In this document: positions 40,570 to 52,100 of the stretch, piece by piece
Numbering within the stretch: position 1 is the stretch's first letter
How the letters are laid out: each line of letters opens with the position of its first letter
Notes under the pieces: generated by a model
Told to the model about the DNA's origin: nothing
The model's database searches: none
What the model saw: the letters and a program-made list of their open reading frames with translations, nothing else
Assembly: GCF_001194135.2 (NCBI RefSeq)
Contig: NC_069010.1
Span: 9,838,301 to 9,902,300, forward strand
Length of the DNA: 64,000 nt
Direction: 5' to 3'
Origin: Octopus bimaculoides
Taxonomy: Eukaryota
Made by a program: the position numbers and the translations under genes

Positions 40570-41090
40570 GAACTCCAGCAGCCTGGTTCCTTCTTCATTG
40601 CATGAACCAAATACATTGTCACCATGTACACTATGAAAACTCCCTGGATGTTGTCCAACATGCCCATTGAAGTTACCAGCCACAAAGAGAAGGTCCCTGT
40701 CATTTGTCAACGAGGTAGTCTGCAAGAAGGTGTCACAAAATCTTTCTGCTCGTCAGGTAGCCCCAGCTGAGGGGTATAAGCCAAGATAATGGTTGCTAAT
40801 CCATGTAGCACTAGTCTAATCTTAAGTAGTCTATCACAGACTCTGACTACCTTATCAACCCATTTCTCTGCAAGAAGTATACCCACGTCTCTGACCCCGT
40901 CAGTGTTCTCTACCCATAAAATCTTATACCTGTGAGAAACCAAGCAAAACTTCCTCTCCTCATTACTTCTTGGATGCAGCACAAATCAACACATCTCCGG
41001 TCAAGCATCTCAATGATCTCACCAGACCTACCTTTCAGCGTGCCAACTCTGAAGGTGTGGAAGATGTGGGGTGGCGACTTCCTGGGATTG
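40570..41090 (-). mobile_element. RTE-type LINE apurinic endonuclease domain fragment, frameshifted
   Basis: Pieces in three frames: VGTLKGRSGEIIEMLDRRCVDLCCIQEV; VGILLAEKWVDKVVRVCDRLLKIRL...IILAYTPQLGL; LFVAGNFNGHVG...VHG...FGSCNEEGTRLLEFC. Confidence 0.88.
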
Positions 41091-42461
41091 GGGACAGCAG
41101 CATTATACATCTGAAAAGAAAGCTCACGTGTGTGTCTGGTAGATCTTGTAAACATACAAATAGGCTTCAACCTGCATACACTTCATCTTCATTATATTCG
41201 CTTCATAATCTTACATTCAACAGGAGAGAGAGAGAGAGAGAGACACTAGATAGGGATGGAGGGGGGAAAGCGTTCTGTGTAGTTAACTGTTAGAGGTACT
41301 CAGGAGAAAGACTTCTGGTATAGGTGGGATGGGAGGGCGCACCACAGACGACAAAACACTATGGCTACCCTATTCCCTAAGCTAAAGCTGATGTGGAACA
41401 GCCACAGACAGAGCAAGTCACTAATTAACAATCAGCATGGGAAAGCAAGTGGTTAACAAACTGAGGGAGAAAGATTGAGGAGAGTGGTGAAAGATTCAAG
41501 AATTAGGGCTATTTGAGCAAAGAGTGGAACATTTGGATAAGATACCAGGTAACAGAATAAAAGAAAGAAAGAGATGGAGGGTTCTGGAAAGTTTCTGGCT
41601 TGAAGGGTATCATGAAAGGCCTGGCTGGAGGTCCAACCTTGCAAGTTCTTTTAGAGGGCTCAGAAAAACTAATGGATTGCTGCAATAAGTGTGAATCTGA
41701 GAGGGGAATATGTTGAATAAAATCATAATTAATTGATCCTCAGCTGGATGCCCATCCTAATGCCAACAACTTTGGGTGCTTTTCATGTGGTACTGGCACC
41801 AGTGTGGTCACTAAGTACCTGCAAGATGAGACCCTTCAACTGAGTGGGGTACAGAATGGAGAGACAAGAAATTCTGATAGAGGGAGAGGAGATGGAGTTG
41901 TGTTGCTAAAGAGGTGACTACATGGCTTGCCCAGCTGGAAAGAGACAGAGAGAGAGATGTGAGGTGCAGGTAGAAGATGACTCTGAAACAGAAGAGGTGG
42001 CTGGGTAGGGTAAGTGCAGAAGAGGTGGCTGGGTAGGATTAGAGACGGGGAAGGAGTTGGAGGATGCAGAAGATGTCAGTTCAGCAGAAGGAGGAGAAGT
42101 ATGAAGAAAGTAGGGTCACGTGGAAGATTGAGTTGCAGGGGGAGCAGAAGGCTTGACAGAACCTTGATTCTGCTGAGATGGACGGTTCTTCTCAAGCACA
42201 ACATATCACCATTTATTTCTGTCCGTTTCATAGGGGCTCAATATCTTGAGGTCAGTCTTCACCACTTTGTCTCATGGCTTCCCAGGCCTTCCTCTTCCAC
42301 ACATTCTTTCCTTGGTTACAACTTCTTTATGCAACCAATCCTCAATCAATCCAAACCACACAACTATACTAGCACGGTAGCCTTCCCTCTTGCACACCAC
42401 GTCTGATGCCGCTTATACTATCTTTTTCTAGGCACATATTTTATTGTACATGCATCATCGT

Positions 42462-42597
42462 CATCATCGTTTAACGTCCGCTTTCCATGCTAGCATGGAT
42501 TGGACGATTTGACTGAGGACTAGCCATCTGGTTCGCCAGTCCTCAGTCAAATCGTCCAACCCATGCTAGCATGGAAAGCGGACGTTAAACAATGATG
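42462..42597. repeat. Fold-back inverted repeat: 60-bp arms (58/60 identical) with a 16-nt loop
   Basis: Left arm 42462-42521 is the reverse complement of right arm 42538-42597 apart from two mismatches. Both derive from the family C 3' end. Confidence 0.95.
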
Positions 42598-43106
42598 CAC
42601 ACTGACATTGTAGATCCATCAGAGAATACTTTTTTTCCTTCCTTTCTTTCTAGTCTTTGCATGTCTTCTGTATTCACAGCCCAGGTTCCACAACCATGTA
42701 GCATCACCATTTGTGCACAGGCATCATACAACCTGCCTTTCAGGGTAGATGTTACCTCAAGGGGAGAGTTAGAATTCAGTGATAGAATTAATGATTTAGA
42801 GAACTGGAGTTTAGACTCAGGTTTCTCTATTTAGAGAAGATAATCAGAGAGATATTTTAATGTCCGTCTCTACACACCAGCAATGAAAGTAACTCTGGAA
42901 TTTACGTCTGGATTCATTGAGCAATGAATGTCATGCTCTCTATACTTTCTCACTCTCACCTCTCTTTCACTCAATCTCTCTCTCTCTCTTTTTAACTGTA
43001 TTTCACTCTCTTACCTCTCTTCTGTTTGTTACACTCTCTCTCTCTCTCCCTATCTCTCACTCTCCATCTCTTTCGTTGCAGTGGGTCCCGATTGCCAGAT
43101 GCAGTA

Positions 43107-46100
43107 ATGTCCGAACTCTGTCAACAAAGGGATGACCTGACCATCGACACAGATGTCCACCTGGTCAAAACCGACCTCTTCTCGGCTGACGGCGTTGATG
43201 ACCACTCTGTCATTGCGCAGGCACTGACGGTGTTCGAGGTGGACAGCAAGAAAGATGCTGAGGAAGAAGAGAACGTGAAGGAAGAGGAGGAGAAGAAGGC
43301 GGAGAAGGTGCAGCGACCGCAACGCAAGCGGAGAACAAGTGCGAGGAACGCTGCCAACCACACCGTCACCACGACAACCACCACCAATACCACCAACACC
43401 ACCATCAGCAACCTCTGTCCTCCTCTCACTGGGTCGANNNNNNNNNNAACACCACCATCAGCAACCTCTGTCCTCCTCTCACTGGGTCGAAGACAGTGAC
43501 GACGGTGTCATCATCGTTACAATCATCGTTAACGTCATCTTCATCATCATCACCATCACCAGCATCACTGGCGTCAGCGGTGGTGACAAAGTCATCCAAA
43601 TCATCCAAGCCATCACTCACCATCACCATTTCCACCACCAACAACACCGCCACCATCATCGCCAACAATGCTGCTGCAGCCGCTGCCGCTGCCTCCTCCT
43701 CCTCCTCCCTTGATTCCACACCCCCAGCCAGCACCACTGTTGACGCCACCACCACCACCACCACCACCTTTACCACTGTCACCGCCACCACTAACTCAAG
43801 TAGTAGTAGTAGTAGTAGTCCTACTGTTGCTACCAACACCACCATGTCAACAACAGGGACTCTCTGCGCAAATGCTGCAGCCCCCGTCTCTTCCGGCATG
43901 GAAGCTGACTCTACCAACAACAACAACAACAACAACATCACGCACACCCCTCCCACTACCACAATCAACCCCTCCACCATCTTCACCACCTCCACTGTCT
44001 CTACGTTCACTTCCACCACCGCCACCACCACGGGCACCACCTCCGTTGCCAGTACATCACCAATTGCTGTGGTGACCAGCCAACTGTCGCTGTCGTCACC
44101 GACGGCGATGGCAGCAAACAGCCAAGATTCCTTCACGCCACCTGCCCTGCAATCCCCACAGAACAGCACCTTCCCTATGTCACCGCAGGCCCAGTTTCCC
44201 GACCCCGTGCATGATCTGCCCCCCGAGTTACTCCAAGCCGGTTGGCGAAAGTTCTGGAGCAAGCGTGAGAATAGGCCTTACTTCTTTAACAAAATCACAA
44301 ACGAGTCCTTATGGGAGATGCCAGTTTTTGGCCAGGTAAGCAGCTTTCTTTTATTTTTTTATCGCCTCCAAAAGGCTTTTGTTACTTCATGTTTTCCTTC
44401 TTTGCCGCAATTATCAGTTATCAACATCATTACTTAACATCCATTTCCCCATGCTTTCTACAGCAGGATGCCTTTCCTGCCACCAACCTCTACTTATTTC
44501 CATACAAGGTAATATTTCCCAGTGATCAGGCATGTTTACACGGAAGACTGGAAGAGGAGACAACTTGTGTGATGGTGTCGTTCATTTACAACTATTACAC
44601 AATGTCAAGACAAGGAGATAGTAACACACACACAGACACACACACATGTATGTACCCTTATACCTCAGTACTACAGACTAAAAGTGGGGAATATCAGTCC
44701 GATGAAGCCGATTGTCTGTTGGTACCAACACTGAGGTTAGGATATGTTAGGAGTGACTAATATCAACAATTACATTATGAAAGACAGAGGAACAAATAGA
44801 GTACTGTACTTTTAATGAAGCCCACAATCCAGTCTGACAGTGCAAAGGACCTGTACACTGTCAATATATTCTTATACTACAGTAAATTCAATATTTTAAA
44901 ATTTTAAATCAGACTTACCTTGGGTGGTGAAGAGGTGTTGTTGATATGCTGTGATTTTGTCCACTGTTTCCAAAATCTGTTGAATGAAGCTAGTGTCCCC
45001 CGACTGTCTCCCGTGCTGGTGGCACATAAAAAGCACCCACTACACTCTCAGAGTGGTTGATGTTAGGAAGAGCATCCAGTTGTAGAAACTCTGCCAGATC
45101 AGATTGGAGCCTGGTGCAGCCTCCTGGCTTGCCAGTTCTCAGTCAAACCGTCCAACCCATACCAGCATGGAAAACAGACGTTAAACGACGATGATAATGA
45201 TGATGATGGAGGTCCATAGTACTGAGGTATGAGTGTCTATGTGTGTCTATACATGTTTATATTTTTATATTTTTATAGAGGATATGAGGAGTCTTTGTCT
45301 GGAGGAGGATCTTTATTTGTCTTCTTTTTCTGCAATTCATTGTGTAATATGTTCTTATTTATTTTCCTCCCATTTCTTCCCAGCTGGATCCTTTGACTGA
45401 CCCTTTAGGAATCAGCAGTCCTTCTTCCAGTGGGATGGTGTCCCCAGTTGGCCAGGCCCCTTTCAGCAGGTCAAGCAGTATGGAAGGGCCGTTGCCTTCG
45501 TTGCCAGTCTCTGGTGAAAAACGACGAGCGAGTTCAGAGTTATTTGCAAGTCCAACAAAACGCATGACTTTCACTTACAGGTGAGACAACCCTAAACCCT
45601 ATTCTCTCCTTCCAACACATTCAGGTTATTCAAACCGATTTCTTTATCAATTCGCATTGTCTTCAGTGAACCATTCAGCCATAGTCCAATGACTGAGAGT
45701 AGTAAATGGTGAAAGATGAAAGATTTAAAATATTTCTTCTGATCCTTGTGGTTTTCATTAATGTGTAACTGACCCTTATTTTTCAATCCCTATGCTTAAT
45801 CGTCAAAGTTTCCATCCACAAGTGAACGTCCCTTATTTTCGGCCCCTGCTAATCAATCATTGTAGTTTTCATTAACATGTAACAGACTCTTAATTTTTTT
45901 CTTCTCCTTCTGACCCTTGTCACCTTGATTAATCTCTGACGGATCCTTATTTCTAGCCCCTACTGGAATTTCGATATTGCCTCGAATGCAGTGATGTACG
46001 AGAGGGCCCCGTGTATGCTGCCTCCAGTGCTGCCTGAGATTGAACTTCTGCGTGCCCAGTTGGTGGCCAAACTGAGGATGAACTACAAATGCTTGTGTAA

Positions 46101-49100
46101 GACAAGAGAAGGTCAGTAGAAACCCTTTCATCACCTGGCTTCAAATGTTGTTGTACACACACACACATCATCATCATCATCATCATCATACGTCTGTTGT
46201 TCATGCTGGGAGGCTGCACCAGGCTCCAGTCTGATTTGGCATTTTTTTAATGGCTGGATGCCCTTCCTAATCCCAGCCACTCCGAGGGTGTAATGGATGT
46301 TTATATGCGCCACCGGCACTGGTGCTATTTGCATAACACTGGTATCTACCACGACTGTGATTTTGCTCAGCTTGATGGGTCTTCTTCTCAAGCACGACGT
46401 AATGCCAAGGGCCTTGGTCATTGCCTCCACGAGGCCCAACACCTAGCTCCTAATGTATAATAATAATAACATAAATACTAATTTTTGAAATAAAAGTATT
46501 TCAATTAAAATACAATTGAAACGAATTTCTTGTCTGTCTGTTTACAATAGATATACATTTTTACCAGTTCCTGGCACCAGTGTCGCCTTCCTGGCTGTCC
46601 CAGCGTTGCCTTCCTGGCTGTCCCAGCGTTGCCTTCCTGGCACGTGAAAAGACATTCGAGTGAGGTCATTGCCAGTGTTGCTGACTGACTCCTGTGCAAG
46701 TGGCACGTAAAACACACCATTTTGAGCGTGGCCGTTGCCAGTACCATCTGACTGGCCCTCGTGCGGGTGGCATATAAAAGCACCCACTACACTCTCGGAG
46801 TGGTTGGCGTTAGGTAGGAAGGGCATCCAGCTGTAGAAACTCTGCCAGATCAGATTGGAGCCTGGTGTAGCCATCTGGTTTCACCAGTCCTCAGTCAAAA
46901 AAATTGCAACGGGGGTGATGCAGAGATTGAAGGGAAGAGCAGGATGAGTAAAGCAATGTCTGTATTCCAACACCTTCATCTGATATAAAGACTGACCATC
47001 AGTGAAGAAATACTCGTTTATTGTTATACCAACAGCCATCTTATGCCCGTAAAACTTAGAAGACTGAAGATCTCTCAGTGGCTGGACGTCTTCCATCGAT
47101 GTTGCCTATGTTCAATTCAGGACAACTCTTACTGGGACAGAGTGAGAAACGAAGATGTGACGGGAAGTTTGCAGGCCATGTTGACTAAGGGGCAGATACA
47201 GGCTTACTGGCCGTGTGCTACGATTTCCGCAGGAAAGACATGCTACCATTTTGATGGAGTGGACGCCGGGTGGATTAAAGAGACCAAGTGGAAGACCAAG
47301 AAAGACAAGGAGCAGTATATTCTGGGATGAGATGATAGAGGTGGGAGTTGGCCTCAAGTGGAGCCTGGAGAAAGACAAGCAATTGAGATGTCTTGTGGTT
47401 CAGACAGCACTGGAGAATCCAGTAGCTAAGGGTGTTGGTGTAGAGAAATTAAGAGGGGTGGGGTAACTATCATGTTTGAGATTATCTCCGGTTATCTCCC
47501 TTCGCATGACAAGCTCAGGATACAAAGTATATGGGCAACCTTTTTTTTAGAGAAGCGGACCGTATGAGACATGGTTCGTCATTAGGTGGGCCACACTACA
47601 AAAAGGCAAAAAATTCAAGGTAATTTTTTTATTTAGATGTATCATTCAGGAAGTTTCATGGGCCTCAGGTTGTCTCTCATATATTAGTTTTAAGTCTGTA
47701 TCATCATCATCATCGTTTAACATCTGTCTTCCATTCATGCATGGGTGGGACGGTTGACCGGAGCCGGCCTGGTCTTTTTTTTTTGGCAGGATTTTTACAG
47801 CTGGATACCTTTCCTAACCCCAACCACTCTTCAGAGGGGACTGAGTGCTGAGAGCCTGATAGCACAGGCAAGGTCATTTTTGGCAGGTTTTTACAGCTGG
47901 ATGCCCTTCCAAATGCCAACCACTTTATAGTGTAGACTGGGTGTTTTTTTACATGGCACCAGCACTGCTAGTTGCAAGACAAATAATTTGGGAGGGGGCA
48001 GGGGCTTTGGAGGAGGTGATTCGATGTCAGATGATGCAAGGTTAGAGCATGACGGAGAAACAGAGGCAGAAAGAGGTGTGATGCTGCAGAGGAGGGACAT
48101 GGTTACCCAGCCAGAGAGAGGGAGAGAAGAGAAAGAGAGGGTGGTTTGGCTATCATTTCTGAGTGACTGCAAAGACCTGTCCTTGGTTGCTTCTGTGCTG
48201 ATGTGTGCGACATGAAGTGATATGTGTGTGTGTGAGTGAGTTTGTGGTGTGTTCTATGTGTATGTATGTCTGTGTTGTGATGTGATGTGTGCATACTCAG
48301 TGTGGTGTTGTGTTTTGTGATGGTGAGGTGCCCCAGGAATGTGAGAAGCAATGCCTCTTATTCTACACACACCACATTGCAGTGTTTCTGGTTGTGTTTG
48401 CAGATATCGACGCCCCCAGTGAGTCGTTCAATCGCTGGCTGATGGAGCGGAAAGTGTGTGACCGCGGAGCCGACGCCATGTTGCCATCCGATTGTAACAG
48501 CGAAGTGTCCCAGTCGATGTACCGTGAAATCATGAACGACATCCCAGTCAAGCTGAGCAACCCCAAATACTCAGGTGACGTCAAACGGCAGCTGGTCAAC
48601 TACGCAGAGGCAGCAAAGAAGATGATCGAATCAAGGTAAGTTTAAATCACATTGATGGTCGTTGTTATTGGAACAGAACTATGATTAAAGACATTCCAGA
48701 TATGACTATCACTTTTGTCTTTTGTGAATGAACAAATGAATCTAGTCTTACATCATTCACCATGTCTTTCCATATATAAAATAGTAAAATAAAAATATAT
48801 TAAGTTATTGAAAATCTAGGCCTATCATATTTAAAGTCCTGAGATATTGTATGTTCTTCACCTTTGTTGGTTTATTATCATCCTCATTGCTGTTCGTGTT
48901 GCTCTGTTCCCTGAGTGTCGTCACTCTCTACTTACAGGGGTACCAGTTCCGAAAGCAGGAAAGTGGTGAAATGGAACGTCGAAGATATGATAGCTTGGCT
49001 GCGCAAACCACACTCCAGTACATTTGAAGATTATTTGGTAGGTATAGACCCTGGCTTGTGCTGTGGCTGGTGCTGATGATAGAGTTGTGTGCTGTGCTGA

Positions 49101-52100
49101 TGTGTGCAAGGCCCGAGAGATGAACTGTGTAAACAACATTCCGGTGCCTTTTATGAGTAAAACCAGTAGCTAGTGGTTAGCATGTTGCACTCACAATCAC
49201 AAGATTGTGTTTTCAATTCCTACACTGGGTGGTGCATTATGGTCTTGAGCAAAGCACTCCATTTCATGTTGTTCTGCGGGTGGGAGAGTGACAGAATCGT
49301 TGGCACGTTGGTAATGATGCTTTACGGTATATCTTCCAGTCTTCTACATTTTCGGTTCAAGTCCTACCTGCCCAGAGAAGGCAATGGGCAACCACTCCAG
49401 TATTCATCTTAGCCATGGAGTACCAAAGTTCCAGTAATCTATTTAATTGAGGCAGGGGAGGGTACAGGCCCGTCCCACGTGGTATTGAGAGAGTGCTGAA
49501 GAAGGTTCACATGCATAGGATATGCCCAAGGGCAGACCACCACCGGACTAGATAGGGAGGGGTGGACTTTTATCTCTGGTGTGATGGCCATGTGGTGTGG
49601 GGTAGGAATGGAGTGTGGTACCCTGGCTTTAGGATCCGAAAACCAAAGTACCTCATAAAAAAGCTTTGGTATGGGTGCTGGTGCCATGTAAAAGGTACCC
49701 AGTACACTCTGTAAAGTGGTTGGTGTTAGGAAAGGAATCCAGCAGTAGAAACCATGCCAGTGTGGAAGACAGACGTTAAATGATGATGATGATGATGATG
49801 ATGTTTGTGAACATGTCAATATTATAACTGTGTTGTCTGTTGTGTATTTGTATAATAATACGACTGTGTGGCATAATAATTGTGTATTGTGAATATGTGT
49901 GTGTGTGTGTGATTTCAATTCAACTATTCAGTGTCTAATCTCTCTTTTTTTTTCTTCTCTCTCTCTTTACATTGTTGCTTTACCACCACCACCACCACTA
50001 ACAACACTGCTGTTGTTGCTGTGTCCAGGAGCGCTTGGCCCACCTGAAACGCCAGTGCCAGCCTCACCTGACAGAGGCAGCCAAGATGTCTGTGGAGGGT
50101 ATTTGTGCCAAGATGTACCACGTGTCTTGTGAAACTGTCAAGAAACTCCATGACAAACACTGGGAAATCCTTAAGGAACACGGAATAACTGGTAATATAT
50201 ATATATAATCTCCACATAATTAAATCAATGGCTAACTAGCCCAATTGACTTGCTTCTTCTTGTCTTTGTTTCTCCATTCTCCACATGATTATAATTATAA
50301 ACTGCGGTTTAAACAATAAATTACCTGCCTCTGGATTCCTTCTAACGAAGACGGTACCCACACAAGTAATCTCCAGGTGTGCCTGCGGATTTAACTATCC
50401 CCTGGTTGCTTAGATACTTCAGACTACCCCTCAAATATTGAAGCAATCCTATGATTTACCTATATACATATATATACATATATAGTCTGCTTGAATCACT
50501 GTCTGATATATAGAAATGTTTCCAAGTATTTCTTTTTGTAAATCCAAAACAATAAAGGTCTGTGGTATTATAACAACAAGAACCTGGCATCAACAAGGGT
50601 TCCAGTGAAATTAATGTGCAAATGGCTGAGTACTACACAGGCACTTGTACTCTTAACATATTTGTCAGGGAGATTCAATGTGACACGGAACATTACTAAG
50701 CTGGCCCTTTGAATTAGAGATGCAACTCATTTTTGCCAGCTGAGTGCTACTGGATCAATGTGGAATATGCTGCTGAGAATCTAACTCACAACCACTGGGC
50801 CATGCGTCTTCATGGATGCGAAATGATGATTCTATTTCCGTTCTGCTGAACAGTTTTTAGATGCCAAATTGCATCAAACCGCCTTTGATTCTGTGAAACA
50901 GGCATCTGATTTTTAAGGTTATTTAAATTAAAATCTTCCATCTAAAATCTCATCTTATGTTCCAAACTTGGGACTTTAATGACAAAGATATTTTAATTTT
51001 ACCAAATTCTTCATTATTTTCAAAATTAATGAAACAAAAGCAGTGTTTCAACAGAAATGTGGTCCCAAAGGGTTAAAGGTTTAAATGAAATATAGTCCCA
51101 AAGGGTTAAATAAAATATAGTCCTAAATTTATCAATTTGTGAATTTGTTGCTTTGAAATTATATTTTATCAAAACGATAATTTGTAGGGATAGGGGACAA
51201 ATGACGGGAGTCGAAACTCACAGCAAATCATTTCAGAAGGTAAACTTCAGAGTTGCCTCCCTTGAACCACACCCGCTTTGCAAGATTCAAGAGCTGTGAG
51301 CGGCAGACGGACAGCTTTGGTTTTATTTATCTCGAAATAAAATGGTGTAATAACCTTTTTGAAAGACACCCATCTATTCTTTTAAGCTTTCTTTCCCTTT
51401 TTATTTGTGCTTGTGTGGAAAATATCCCGTATTTTCCTCTGTGTGAATGTGTGTGTGTCTGCCTTGGTCACGATAGGACGGCCATCATATAAATATAGAC
51501 GCATGTAATACAATTTTTCTGAATTATCAGATTTTGTTTTTTATATGCTAGACAACTGGTTTTAAATTGAATTTAATATTCAATTTATCCCCCTCAGTGT
51601 ATAAATATAAATTTTAAATAGTTATGTTCTCTAGCTGGCAACATCTACTGCAGTGAATTTATACTCTGCAGAACTGTTTCCGCAATCTTGCGNNNNNNNN
51701 NNNNNNNNNNNNNNNNNNNNNNNNNNNNNNNNNNNNNNNNNNNNNNNNNNNNNNNNNNNNNNNNNNNNNNNNNNNNNNNNNNNNNNNNNNNNNNNNNNNN
51801 NNNNNNNNNNNNNNNNNNNNNNNNNNNNNNNNNNNNNNNNNNNNNNNNNNNNNNNNNNNNNNNNNNNNNNNNNNNNNNNNNNNNNNNNNNNNNNNNNNNN
51901 NNNNNNNNNNNNNNNNNNNNNNNNNNNNNNNNNNNNNNNGTAGAACATGATCTTTTTTTTGTGTTTGACTCGTTGATGACCTCTTTTTAGCATATCGGAT
52001 GACCACTTAGTGGTCATCCTTTCTTATACGCATGTAATGCAATTTTTGTGCTAGATCACTTGGTTTTAAATTGAAATTAATATTCAATTGATCACCCTCT

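Noticed and set aside
43426-44262. 278-aa minus-strand ORF and the 135-aa Pro-rich plus-strand ORF 43668-44075
   Set aside because: Shadow frames of the trinucleotide-rich PCIF1 exon; the Ser/Thr frame is the one continuous with the WW domain.
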